Below the pieces are notes generated by a model. The model made no database searches. It saw only the letters and a program-made list of their open reading frames with translations, and was not told where the DNA came from. A DNA stretch of 63,211 nucleotides, counting the filler, from Phoronis australis (Eukaryota; Animalia; Phoronida): NCBI GenBank assembly GCA_002633005.1. It is 11 parts of 11 records of this genome, joined end to end, with 100 filler letters (N's around TTAATTAATTAA, not from the genome) between each part and the next. Parts side by side here need not be neighbours in the genome. Positions count along the whole stretch, not along the records: positions 47,002 to 49,247 come from NMRA01002025.1; positions 49,348 to 54,587 come from NMRA01002382.1; positions 54,688 to 58,520 come from NMRA01002819.1; positions 58,621 to 59,824 come from NMRA01001957.1; positions 59,925 to 63,211 come from NMRA01003107.1; 6 more parts are not named here. The stretch is one strand, 5' to 3'. This document shows positions 49,156 through 61,730 of this stretch, piece after piece (the first letter of the stretch is position 1; each line of letters opens with the position of its first letter). Made by a program: the position numbers and the translations under genes.

Positions 49156-50118
49156 GTGGCTACATGGTACTGTTTGTCTGGTGTCCTTCAACATCAGCCA
49201 AATGTCTGGAGGCCTGGACCTTATGGCCCTTTCATATTGACTTAACTNNNNNNNNNNNNNNNNNNNNNNNNNNNNNNNNNNNNNNNNNNNNTTAATTAAT
49301 TAANNNNNNNNNNNNNNNNNNNNNNNNNNNNNNNNNNNNNNNNNNNNTCGGGATTCTACATATGTACGTGTCCCGGGTTCGGTATGACCAGTTTTCATTG
49401 CATCGGACGGAGTTCTATGTGTCCTGGTGTGGTAGCAGTGATTGTCCCCCTGCTGAGAATGTTCTAGCTGCATGTATTTGAATGCCGGTGTACTGGCACG
49501 TTAATCAGTGGATTAGCCGGATGCTTCATTCAAATACACACAAGCCGGACAATTTCTCCAGAGGGACAATGGCTACTTTCACACCGAGTTCTATGTGTCA
49601 TTGGTCAGTGCTCGATGAGCCAAGAAAATTAACATACCCAAGTTCGCCGTTTGCGACTTAGCCGAAATCTCGAAAACTAAAGGCGCATTTTCAAGAAGTG
49701 AGCTAGCATTCCAAAATTCCAGGGGGCATTGCTTTATCCGACAACGACCAGAATCCAATGCAACTAAGGATAATGCATAAAAATAACACGTTACTTTATT
49801 ACTTGTTCAACTTATGCCCTAAATCAGGATCGAAAAGCACTTGACAACTGTCATGTGGGCCTAAATGGCAAGTGTTGCTAAAACTTGCACACTCGTCCGC
49901 GTAGCGTCTGGACTATTACGCAAAACACCGGGACACAAAAACCCGGACAGATAGGATCCGGAGTCCATAAAACGGGACGCATGTTAGGGTCCTAGTTAGT
50001 ATGTTAATACAATTGTTAGTCGGGATTAGAAAGAGCGTTAAATTCAGCAAGTCAAGTAACAAACGTCAAGTGCAAGCTAATGATAATACATTTGATAGAT
50101 GGATAGATATATCCATTA

Positions 50119-50131
50119 AATAATAATAATG

Positions 50132-50174
<43 letters not shown>

Positions 50175-50178
50175 TAAT
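50119..50178. repeat. (AAT)n microsatellite
   Basis: About 20 AAT units with a few substitutions. Confidence 0.95.
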
Positions 50179-51654
50179 TCTAATAATATCACTTATTGTA
50201 CATCGTAGGCTTTGCTTACTCATACAGAAATACATAAATTCAAATGTATATTCAGAGAATTTACACGGACAGCAGTTCTCTTAAAGCCACAGTCTTCTCA
50301 GTGAATATCCATTTGAATAAATGTGCGTCATCACGACCCGAACACTAATGTATGAGTATAACCCAAAGTTCAACTGCTGTAAAATACAGCCGACCCTTAA
50401 AACATATACGTATTACAACTACCTGTACACCAAACAGTTGCCACAGGTGGAGAACTGTAACAGCAATCAGCCAGACAAAAATGTAATTAATGACAGAAGT
50501 TACGCACCTGTATCGTCCTTCTTGTATCGCGTAAGACATCATCTCCTCACGGTGCGCGCTTTCAAGGAAATGGCCGCAATCTGAAACAGCAGGCCGACCC
50601 ACTCAAAGGGAAACATTCAAGGGTCATGCTATTACTTCTCAGGAGGGGTTATTGCGCTTTCCAATGAACTACGAGCACACCAAGTAACCGAGGTGCAACA
50701 ACCAGGTAACTAACCACGTCATTACACAATCCAGATCAATAAACTCGCCTTTTAGAGATACTGAATACCAAAAGAGTGTTCTCAATGGAAAATCGTGCCA
50801 TATGTCATCTTGCAGTGAATAAACAGGAGAGATCTTCGAGGGCATTGCATATGAATGGAAACTTTCAAAAACTAAACCGCATGGGGGCTACGACGAAGTT
50901 CGATGCAGGTCGTCCGTCAGTCTTGATTCGTGAACAGAGATTTGCCTTAGGGGTCGTGGTCTCTCAAACGCATAGGTCGGTGTTTTTTGTTTCCTGTCTG
51001 TCAACTTTCGATTCAGGAACTCGACTTGCTTTCCGCTATCAGGCTCTGCCCGCCCGTGATTAACGCGAACCCTACCGGTCGTAGCATGAGAATATCCATA
51101 GCCAAAAGTGATATGTAAAGTATTGCTATAAATCTGTCTAAATAGTAAATTTGTACAACTGTATGCGCGAGTTTTATATTTAACCTATTAAAACGAGTCT
51201 TAAAAGCAAAATTAACATCAACAGACGCACGTGTACAACCTGGGAAGCTCATTTATATTGAGAAGCAAATTGTTGAAGGCACTGTATTCATATGTCTTCA
51301 CACAGGTCATATGTTGGTCACATCACGTGAAGACGTGTCAAACATGTAAATTTTTACTGTGGCACAATTAAGTTTCTATGCGACTTACAAAAAAACAACT
51401 ATCGAGTTTAACATTATGTAAAATTTGAGCATTTGTTTCAATACTGCATTTGTCCAAGGTTTCATTACAGAGCACGTGTCGGATCGAGTCTACACAGTCA
51501 CTTGTCTTTGAAAGTTTATTATTGGAGTTCATGGTGATTATTTAAAAACCTAATGATTTTGTAGAATGTATCCATTCTAGTAATGACGATGGTATTCTTC
51601 TATGTCAAAATGTTTCCGATGTGAAAGTTTTGTGATGATATGGCTTTGTGTACT

Positions 51655-51890
51655 TAATCTCCAGTTAAACTGCAAAAACTACTGTGTGCTTTAAATAAGT
51701 TCTGCCAGGAATGGAGCGTGTCTGTAAATTTAGTGAAGACCACAGTTATGGTGTTTAGAAATTGCGAGATGTGGTATTTTGGAGGTGAAAAACTCGAAGT
51801 GATTTCCATGCCAGCTACAAGTATCTTGGTGTTGTGTTCACGCCAAAGTTATTGTGGACTATGGCTGCTCAGACCCTGTCAGCCCAAGCC
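51655..51890 (+). pseudogene. Non-LTR retrotransposon reverse transcriptase C-terminal fragment
   Basis: KLQKLLCALNKFCQEWSVSVNLVKTTVMVFR...WYFGGEKLEV/(frameshift)SYKYLGVVF matches late LINE RT motifs. Confidence 0.8.
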
Positions 51891-51892
51891 AC

Positions 51893-54430
51893 CTATAAAC
51901 ACAAACAATTGGCTAGCAAAGAAATAATATCAATAATACTATCAGACTAACGTACTAAGTAATATATATATATATCATGAATGTCACGGATTTCATGACA
52001 CTCCCGCACCGCAAGAAAGCTGAATATTTAGCCAGGGTTTTCAGCGTTTTCCATATAATGGATTGCTTTTATGTTGTCTAATGCTTTCCTCGCAGCATTA
52101 CGTACTGGTCGAAGAGTAATGTCGTTAATTGGCTCTCGTGGTTCTTCTGTAGTAGTCCTAACTTCCAATGGATAAAGTTTTGTGATCGATCTGCTTGTGG
52201 ATTTGCCTTTGCTGGTAGTGATAGTTGCAGATCGAACTAGTCCATCAGCTCCGTAATGTAATTCCTTTACAATAGCTAATGGCCAAGAGACGCGCTTGAC
52301 GTTATCAGTGTGTACTAATACAACATCTCCAACCTTGAAGTAGTTGTCAAACGTTCTTCCGTGTTGTTTTGTTCTTGAATGTGTTTCCCGTAGAAGAGGT
52401 AAATATTCATTTCTCCAACGTTTCCAGAAGTTGTCAAATAGCACATGCATATGTCGTAAGCGTCGATTCAATTGGGGCGTTGTAACTATGAAATCAGGAT
52501 CCAGAATTGTGCTGTCGTCAAATGGTTCGTGAGGTAGAGTGTTGATCACTCGCCCATGTAACAGGTGCGACGGTGCCAAGTGGAGCAAGTGGTCGGCATT
52601 GTTTGTCACGTAAGTAAGCGGGCGATTATTGATGACAGCTTCTACTTCTGTAAGTATCGTGTTCAGGTCGTCTTGGGTCACAAGTAAACATCCAAGGACT
52701 TTCTTGATTACTGACTTGGTCATTCCGATTAGTCTTTCATAAAATCCTCCAAACCATGGGGCGCGTTTGGGGATAAAGGTCCACGTAACACGTTTGTCAG
52801 TCATGTAGGTTTGAACACTGTTACTCTTCACAATTGTATGGTGGCCTCACCAGGAGATTGAAAGGTATAGTAGCATTGTCAGATATCACATTGGTAGGTA
52901 GAGATCGTCTGCTGGCGAAACGGCGGAAGGCATTGATGAATGTCTCAGTAGACATTTCAGTCACAAGCTCCAGGTAAACAGCTCTAGTAACCGCACAGGT
53001 CAACAAACAAACGTAGCATTTGTTTTGTCGCGATTGCGCGTTTTTGTAGTATAGTACCCCTGTGAAGTCCACTCCAATAACAGTAAATGGTGGCGCTTCT
53101 TCTAGTCGGAATTTAGGCAAAGGTGGCTCCACAGGTACACTGTAAGATGTCCCACTAACTTTCAAGCAGGTAACACACTTTCGAATAACAGCTTTGACAA
53201 TTTGGCGGATGCGTGGAATCCAATATGTTTGTTGGATGTACGCTGTAGTTGACAGAACTCGTGCATGTAACATTGCATGGTGCGCTGATCGTACAATCAG
53301 CCTCGTAAACTCGCAATCGGCTGGTAAAAGTATGGGATATCTAGCTTCAAACTTGATATTTGCATTCTGCAGTCTTCCTCCACAGCGGATTAGCTGTCGG
53401 TCATCGAGGAATAGTTTCAATTGGCGTATACGGGCGCTACCTTCCTTGGATCCTTGCAGCACTCTTAACTCACATTCGTAATAACGGGTTTGTAGGTGTT
53501 GGATCCATAGGCGTTCAACTTGACAAATATCGTCAGCAGAAATCTGTGTCGTTCCCGGTCTCTTATGCAGTTTGTCGACAAACTTCAGGACGTACGCTGT
53601 TACTCCGTAACAGCTTGTTCAGGGTTGAGTACTTGGCAACATCGATAATATTAGACAAGTTCAACTGGTCAGGTCGTGCAGCATTCACTGGTAGTGCACT
53701 GAATTGTGGTTCGGTGTTGGCACTTGTGGTTAGGTGGCACCAGTCGCTCTCAAAATTACTAGAAGAGTCATTCACGCAAGACATGACGAGACTTTGGGGA
53801 GAGGGTGCGATGGGCCAGTCACCGTTGGTTAACCAAGATGGTCCGCTCCACCACAACGAACATGATCGTAGACTGGCAGTTGAAATTCCTCGTGTGAGCA
53901 AGTCGGCAGGGTTGTCTTTGGTAGGGCAGTATTTAATGTCAGAGAAGTGAGCTTGTCTGATTTCGTTTACTCGATTGCATGGCTACTGATCGGTTCGTCA
54001 GTGAGATGCCGGGTTGTATTCAGTAACTAAGTGTGGAACACTCAATTACACTAGTGAGGCAACTGGCAGTAGCAAGATGAGGACTGTCTTTATTAAACAA
54101 GTGAATGGATTTAGTAGGTTGCATGCACTAAACTTATGATTCAATATTCTACAGGAAAGAACAGGAAGCAACTATAAGAACTATCACAACAATCATCTGA
54201 ACTATTCTGTTGTGTTTGCCATATATGGTAATGGTCAGCTGTCTTTAGGCTATGTTTCTGTGAATGACAATTACGCAATCTTGTTTACTACAGAGATCAT
54301 AAAAACATGTGTGGATGCACCGGATGGGTCGGTCGCTGACTCAGTTGACAGCCAAAACGCGTTTCTATAAACACAAACAATTGGCTAGCAAAGAAATAAC
54401 ATCAATAATACTATCAGACTAACGTACTAA

Positions 54431-54465
<35 letters not shown>

Positions 54466-54480
54466 TAAATATATATACTA
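51893..54480 (-). mobile_element. Internally deleted BEL/Pao LTR retrotransposon
   Basis: Direct repeat 51893-51975 / 54365-54445 (LTR segments); the 3' LTR starts TGTCATG at 52000 after a G-rich tract and is truncated; the 5' LTR (with AATAAA) abuts the end of RNase H. Confidence 0.85.
52028..53978 (-). pseudogene. BEL/Pao pol remnant: RNase H end, HHCC zinc finger, DDE integrase, DUF5641-like tail
   Basis: NPADLLTRG..LWWSGPSWL; IRCGGRL..PILLP..H..H..YWIPR..CVTC; PFTVIGVDFTG, SDNAT, APWFGGFYERLIG, EVEAVINNRPL, FWKRWRNEYL, VGDVVLV..WPLA; split by frameshifts. Confidence 0.93.
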
Positions 54481-54564
54481 AGAGACCTATACACACAATT
54501 TTTTGCAACCCCACAGTAAGGGTCTCATATATAAAAATGCCCCGGATCTGTATAGTTCACTTAG
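54478..54564. mobile_element. 87-bp MITE inserted in the (TA)n tract of the LTR
   Basis: CTAAGAGACCTATACA / TGTATAGTTCACTTAG (14/16 inverted), (TA)n both sides. Confidence 0.65.
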
Positions 54565-55421
54565 TATATATATATATATATATATATNNNNNNNNNNNNN
54601 NNNNNNNNNNNNNNNNNNNNNNNNNNNNNNNTTAATTAATTAANNNNNNNNNNNNNNNNNNNNNNNNNNNNNNNNNNNNNNNNNNNNCAATGACGGCAGT
54701 GTTTGTAGTGACACTTCTATATCGTAAGTTGTTTTCATTGAGCTGCCATTATTGATGCCCACCATAGACTAGATGGGTCAATCCAGCTTACTGAGCCCAG
54801 TCTCAGCAGTAGTGATTTGTCAGTTCATTTCGAGCACAAAACGACTTATGCCCAACTTGAGACCAGTTTTGTAGTCTCGTCACAAGATTCTTGACAGGAG
54901 AGACCAAAGTTTGGTAAAATCCATATCTAAATTTAAACTCATTTTCGTTACATAATTTATTTCTTCGAGTACCAGAAGGAATAGGTTATAGGGGTCAGGA
55001 GAAGTTCCCACACCTAATGCACTGTCTTCCTTAAACAGTTAATCTTGAGATTATAGGTATACATTCTAACGAGTAGCTAACTTCAGTTGATAGATGTAAT
55101 GAATTAATCACTGCCTTCTGTACAAAACAAATTGGTTCAAGTTCCTGTCATGATGGCTAGATGAAGCTAAATTCACCGTTGTGGCGGAATTTCTCAGGAA
55201 TAAAGGGGAATGTAATGGAAAACTAGCAAGGTGGAAATGAAATGCTGTTCTGTATTTAGAATTTTGCTGCTAATAGTTTTATGGAGGGGAGCCAAGGCGG
55301 TATTTTGTCCCAGTTCCTTCTGGTGTATACTGTGTTATGATGTCTCTGGTTATGGATTTTTAACATTGCATTTGAAGCTGATAATGCTATTGGTGATTCG
55401 CAATCCACTCTCGTTACACAG

Positions 55422-55642
55422 GTGGATGCGAGGCATGCACCCTGGTGGTGACACCTGCGGTGGGGTAGCGAACTTCGTAGAGGGTCTCGGCCCGTCACAG
55501 TTGTGGGGCCGTCAGGTGCTGGGCTCTCTGTGTATGGGTGAAATCCAGGTGGGCCAGTGCGATCGTAAGGTACGTCTTGAGGTGGAGGTGATGCGGGCAC
55601 GCTGGCTGATATCCAAGTCCGTCTCCAAGGTGCCACCAGCCG
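55422..55642 (+). CDS. RIMS: RIM (Rab3-interacting molecule) exon, start of the C2B domain; divergent, possibly a pseudo-exon
   Basis: FVEGLGPSQLWGRQVLGSLCMGEIQVG..DRKVRLEVEVMRARWL..K..SK.PPA resembles RIM F.DGLGP.QLVGRQ.L..P.MG.IQ.G..D.KG.LEVEVIRAR.L..KPGSK..PA; TTACACAG acceptor, G|GTGAGA donor. Confidence 0.85.
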
Positions 55643-57601
55643 GTGAGAGATTTATGATATAACTTCAGGCCTGTGCAAAGGCTGCTCGTGTTGAAAAACT
55701 ATAAGTCAGAGTTGAAATCATTATGGGTCATGTATACGGGACCAATAGAGGTCGCACATAGATATTAATATTGCCTACTCTAAAAATCCCGCGGATTGGG
55801 CATTCAATTGAACCCAAGATAACATTGGCACTTTATTACGAAGGTGCTCTGCAGCAGCTAACATTCGAGCTCGGCGTAACTTATGAGAACTTATTTGTGT
55901 ACAGACTCGTTCCGGGATGTACGTTTCTGACGTACAAATTCTCTTTTATCAAGCCTGACCCAGCACGATATACTGTGAAAGTAGACGAAAATTCATTGCC
56001 TTGAATTTAACCCTAGGCCAAGGATGGGTGTTGTGAAAATGACACTGCAATATTATATCACTTTCGACACGTAACCTGTCTGTTTGAGTGACTTGAGAAT
56101 ACTGGCAGTTGCACCGATTTGAACTCTTGAGAAAAGATCCGCAACGATGTCATTCTACGACACTCTCGTTTATGTTTTATGGACGTGCAGATCTTGAGGC
56201 GATAATAAAATATAAATTATAAAAATAGTTTCATATTACGAGTTTTTCAACATTTATAAAGATGATTTATCTGTTTGTCATGGCTTAGTCAACCTGTTTA
56301 GATTGGCTCAGTGTTCTCATTACAGTGGCGGATCTAGGATATCATAAGGGGGAGGGGCCAACAGCCGCGCACTCAGCCCAAAAAATATGGGGCTCGAATT
56401 TCTGAGGATGTGGACCTTTTACTAAAAAACAAACGGAGGTCTAAAAGACGGAAACCGATTGCGCAAGTGGTCTGAATCGGACACTTGCAGTCGGGTTCTG
56501 AGCCCCCCCCTCCACCACACGCGCAATTTTTATAAATTTATGTTGTTTTCTACTTCATACACATTGAAGGGAATGCAGTTTTAAGTGTGTTCTTGTAATT
56601 TTACCTGTAGAAGAAAAACATAACTGTATAATAACATGAAATAAAAAACAACTGAAACAATATACCACAAAATTCGAAATCAGAGAAAGTCAGAAGGAAA
56701 AGAATGAAATGCATAAAAATTTCCTCAGGTTTCGATAGGCGTTCTGTCAGCTGTTGTTCTCAGATATTTTCCATGTACTCTGATTGGAATACAATGCATA
56801 GTTACTTAGAGAAAGCCAACATCTCATTCCTTCATGAGGTTTGTGCAGAGTTATTAAAACAGATAAACAAAGCCACCCGTATCTTGCAACACCGTCAAGA
56901 ATTCTCGACTGGCCATGTAGTGGTGAGCTAGGAAAGATATTACCTCCTTGATATCTGTCTATTTGTACCTGAACAATACACAGTTGCGCTTGTGGTAGAA
57001 AGCGTTTGTACTGTGTGTTATTATTGATTATAGAGAATCCATTTCTTTTATTACTTAATAGTTTGTCAGAGTGAAATTTACACTTTTTACCAACAGACTT
57101 CGATTCCGAAACGACACCAAATCTGGTGAAAGACAGCACACTACACACAAAATAGACATTTTCATTTTTTATTTTCCCAGTTCCAATGAGTAAATTACAG
57201 GGGTCTGAGATTCCCCTGGCTTAGAACTTTTCAATTTAAAATTGGCAACACAAATATACAGTCGAATTGAGTTTTACAAAGACAAACAGGATAACAACAT
57301 AACAACATAACATACAATGTGGTATACTTGGCCCAATAATTCTGCCATTGCAGAGTGGAAGCGTGTGACCAAATAGTCTTATGTCATTTTCATGAAACAG
57401 AACCCTGGGCTGAAGGTTGCGCAAGTGCATTGACAAAGAGATCTCAAAGATACTCTGTGACCGCAACGCACGGTTAAATCTGTGTTCGCTTGCAGACAAA
57501 CTTGAATGAGCAGCCGCGTACAGACTGGAAACTCATCAAGTTCAAACACTATTTCTAACATAAGCTGGAGTGTGTTACGACACAACTGGTTAATAGCACC
57601 G

Positions 57602-58397
57602 ATTGTACCACGCTATCAACCTGTTAGCCAATACAACTGTTAAATCTGATAACCCATTTAGTTATTCAACATGTTTTAAATAACATGTTGGCGAGAACGC
57701 GAGCCGTCGACTTAACCCCTGCGCCATCCAGCAGCTGACGTCACCATACGTGAAAATCAAACACTTTAATAAGGACGCGCAATAATTGCATGTTCAACAA
57801 ATCGAATTGTGCCGACATAGATAAGACGCAAAATTTCAATAAAAAACGACATCTTTACTTCAGTAAAATTTATCTGTCATCGCAAATCATCGATCTCCAG
57901 TTTAACTGCGGGTAACATGTCGTCGCGCGGGATCCTTTGACTTCGACATTATACTCAGTAACCAGTGGTAACCTGCTGTAGCCGACGGTGTTTTCACGAC
58001 GGAAGTTTAGCATGATGAGGTGTGTAGTAACCTGTAGTTGCTTAAAACTTATTTTATAGATTCACTTTATTTCTCTTTTATTTAAAATTTCAATTGGTTT
58101 TGAGTAAAAACATTATTTTATCAAGAATAACTAGGCGTTTCTTAAAAGGTCACGACCTCCGTCCCCGGGCCTCTGACATAGAAAGCAGCTACAAAGCCGA
58201 CTGAGACGAGTCGAGAAAGGTAGATCGACATTCATTGCAATGTTTATCGTTCAGTATGTGGTATAAATAGATTATTACATGTTCTCAGCCGTAATCCCCC
58301 TTATCTAGAGCCTTCGTGGATTTTGTAGAATAATTCTTCAAAATCTATTCGGGCCCTAGATTACGGAGGATGACGACTTCGCCATGTAATAACCTAA
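57602..58397 (-). mobile_element. Hairpin-ended non-coding repeat, copy C (more diverged)
   Basis: Reverse complement of copies A/B: CTTAAAAGGTCACGACCTCCG..CC.GG.CTCTGACATAGAAA, GGTATAAATAGATTATTACATG (58260-58281), hairpin to CATGTAATAACCTA (~58396), TGACGTCA and A-box remnant. Confidence 0.82.
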
Positions 58398-58620
58398 ATA
58401 TACGTAATTTTTATATTACATGGGCGAATCACAAAGTAGTGCAAAGTAGAAATCCATACACCTTACATTTTATCGTCTGTAAAACACTAATACCAACAAC
58501 CAAACATCCACCTCGATCAANNNNNNNNNNNNNNNNNNNNNNNNNNNNNNNNNNNNNNNNNNNNTTAATTAATTAANNNNNNNNNNNNNNNNNNNNNNNN
58601 NNNNNNNNNNNNNNNNNNNN

Positions 58621-58873
58621 GTTAAGATTGGGCAATGCGAGAAACGTCCAAGGTTTTGTGTTGACAACGACTTCTTTGAAAAGATGACTGATCCCACAAA
58701 AGTCAGAAACATAACAATGATTGTACGCAATACATGTGAGGAAAAAGTAAAGTCAGGATTACAATTCACATGTGCGCACGGCAACAGTACACTAGAGATG
58801 CAGGGCTGGGTGAAGAAGTTTGTAGAAAGAGTTAAAATGGAAGGACATGATCTTTACTGCAAAGAAAGTGGTG
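58621..58873 (+). CDS. Exon (5' truncated) of an unidentified Cys-containing protein
   Basis: Open frame VKIGQCEKRPRFCVDNDFF...GHDLYCKESG ending at a G|GTAAGT donor (phase 1). Confidence 0.7.
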
Positions 58874-59569
58874 GTAAGTGCCGTTCTACAAATTTCTTCG
58901 TGTAATAAGCGGAAATACAGATATTTTCAATATTGTTTCAAGTAAACTTCCTAGGTTTAAACTACCAATGAAGGTATACGCTAAATAATTTCGTTATAGG
59001 GTCACAAATGGTTTGATAATTCACAATCTGTTCATGACTTGCATCTGTTTGTTCAGTCATTTATTGAAAACGATAGTTAACAGTGCTAAAGCCTAGACAA
59101 GACATCCAGTTACCTTAGTCATGCCTCAAATTGAGTAAAAAGCAAGCAAAGTTTGCGAATCCTGCGAGTGTACGCCGCTTGTTGGAAAGAACATGATCCC
59201 ACCTCAAATCACATTTTCAAATTTCTGACACAGTCAGGAGGCGTCTAATCAGAGGGAATATTAATCGTCCAATAACAAACTCCAAATCAATTTTGGCGAA
59301 ATCACAACAGCATAGTTTAATATTCTTTCAATGTTAAACTTGTGAAGTTCCATTTCCTTATACTATTCTATTTCATGTGAAATTTGGAGCTGTTCTAGAC
59401 CATTTGATACGAAAGTCGGCATGATCCAACCTACCACGAAAGATTGTCGAAGAATATTTGTTAATTTTACTTTCCACCTTTTCCCAGAAAGCACCATAAC
59501 TAGCATTCAAGTATTGCGGCCCCCTTTGTTGAGGCTGAACTATCTCAAGCATTCATTGTATGGTTTCAG

Positions 59570-59824
59570 GACAACAATGTCAGGTACGACGATCGCCGAT
59601 AAAAGTGGGTCCAGAAGGGAAAGCGTGGCTAGACAACATTGAACTTCCCGATTTAATCTTATTTGATGGTGAACCGTATATGCGAGGCATGCCTATCAAG
59701 GACTGGCTGCAAATACATGGCGTGGACGAAAAGTGTAACTTAATTCCTTTAAACGGGTCAAAAGCGGTCGCCAGCCTAGCGAATTACTATAACGGCAGGA
59801 AGGAGTTTGTCGGCTGCGTCGATA
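59570..59824 (+). CDS. Next exon (3' truncated) of the same unidentified gene
   Basis: GGTTTCAG acceptor, phase 1 continues GQQCQVRRSPIKVGPEGKAWLDNIELPDLILFDGEPY... open to the gap. Confidence 0.7.
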
Positions 59825-61267
59825 NNNNNNNNNNNNNNNNNNNNNNNNNNNNNNNNNNNNNNNNNNNNTTAATTAATTAANNNNNNNNNNNNNNNNNNNN
59901 NNNNNNNNNNNNNNNNNNNNNNNNTCAGAAAGAATGGCTTACTGACATTTTATGGGTTTTGTGTTAGGTAAGCATTCCTTTTGCATTTATCATACAGTAC
60001 ACATTCATAAACTAATGAAATTTTGAAATTAACATCGTCTGGTTAGCAAAATTTGTCAGAGGATGTGAATTTGAATAATGTAATAGTCGATTTTAAAAAG
60101 CTTCATTGAAGTCCTGAGAAAGTTGCTGCACCCAGTTTTGGTGAATAAGATGGCTAAAGTCAAAATGTTTTTTTGCATGACATTATCATCAAAATGAATC
60201 TTAATCTTCTACCTGGACACAAAAATTCCCAAGGTTGCACTTGAATTCTCTTAGTCAGTAATCTTTGAAGAAAATCGATCAAGTTCTCTTGACAAATATG
60301 AACCAGCAAGGTAGAACATCTTTTTTTTGTACCCGAACCAAAGATCAAGATTCTTTCCAATCCATTACATTAAAAACAAGAGCAACGCAGAGCGTTGAAA
60401 TGCGCCCACAATTGCACCGCATACGGTATCCTTCTAGGGTTGTTTATTGGTACCATAAAGTGGCCAGTAGAGGGCATACTTTGCAAAATGGAAAGGCATG
60501 GTCATTGTCTCCTCAATAAGCTAGGGGCAAAATGTGAGTAATCTTCATAATACAAGCACATCCTATACACCAGTTGCTTAAAGCACCACAGAAACATAGA
60601 ATTAAAAACAAATTTACCAACATACGAGATTAGCACAGCATTAGAATGCCAGAAACAAATTTCTACTNNNNNNNNNNNNNNNNNNNNNNNNNNNNNNNNN
60701 NNNNNNNNNNNNNNNNNNNNNNNNNNNNNNNNNNNNNNNNNNNNNNNNNNNNNNNNNNNNNNNNNNNNNNNNNNNNNNNNNNNNNNNNNNNNNNNNNNNN
60801 NNNNNNNNNNNNNNNNNNNNNNNNNNNNNNNNNNNNNNNNNNNNNNNNNNNNNNNNNNNNNNNNNNNNNNNNNNNNNNNNNNNNNNNNNNNNNNNNNNNN
60901 NNNNNNNNNNNNNNNNNNNNNNNNNNNNNNNNNNNNNNNNNNNNNNNNNNNNNNNNNNNNNNNNNNNNNNNNNNNNNNNNNNNNNNNNNNNNNNNNNNNN
61001 NNNNNNNNNNNNNNNNNNNNNNNNNNNNNNNNNNNNNNNNNNNNNNNNNNNNNNNNNNNNNNNNNNNNNNNNNNNNNNNNNNNNNNNNNNNNNNNNNNNN
61101 NNNNNNNNNNNNNNNNNNNNNNNNNNNNNNNNNNNNNNNNNNNNNNNNNNNNNNNNNNNNNNNNNNNNNNNNNNNNNNNNNNNNNNNNNNNNNNNNNNNN
61201 NNNNNNNNNNNNNNNNNNNNNNNNNNNNNNNNNNNNNNNNNNNNNNNNNNNNNNNNNNNNNNNNNNN

Positions 61268-61730
61268 GTCCTCTACTTAGTAAGCATATACATGCCAATT
61301 TTCACAATCATCCTTTGAGCGGTTTGGTTGATAGAGGGGTGGACGCACAAAAACAGACTCGAAAACACTAAAAATGGCCACTAGGTGGCGCAAACTATCT
61401 CGAATCCATCTGAAAACGGCAGGATAGCGTCATCTCCCTAATAGGTGCCTACATACCAAATTTCATGAAAATCCGTTCAGGACTTTTGAAGATACAAAGG
61501 TAAGCGTAAAAAACTAAAATTGCCACTAGGGGGCACACTGGTAGTCGGATCCGTCCGAAAGTTCGCACATGCCGTCCCATTCACAAATGGAACATATGTG
61601 CCAAATTTCATGAACGTATGTCAAAGGGTTTTGGAGATAGAGCAGCGGACGCCAGACGCCGCCCGGACGGACGGACGGACAGAGATGACGGCATAATGCG
61701 TCCACATATAAATATGTGGGCGCATAAAAA
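61268..61730 (+). mobile_element. Helentron-associated non-autonomous element (HINE/DINE-1/pearl-like), 3' part
   Basis: ~145-bp tandem core units with CCAAATTTCATGAA, (GGAC)n microsatellite, terminal hairpin ATGCGTCCACATAT/ATATGTGGGCGCAT followed by an A run. Confidence 0.75.

Noticed and set aside
55771-56004. 77-aa ORF and the many other short ORFs in the track
   Set aside because: No recognisable motifs or splice support; lengths are compatible with chance.
57743-57770. CCATACGTGAAAATC (PYVKI) as the next RIM exon
   Set aside because: It lies inside copy C of the hairpin repeat and corresponds to ATTTTCACGT..TGACGTCA of the other copies; the frame soon closes.
14335-59924. Regularly recurring TTAATTAATTAA motif flanked by Ns
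   Set aside because: Assembly linker of fixed 100-bp length, not biological; ORFs ending in LIN or spanning X runs are artefacts.
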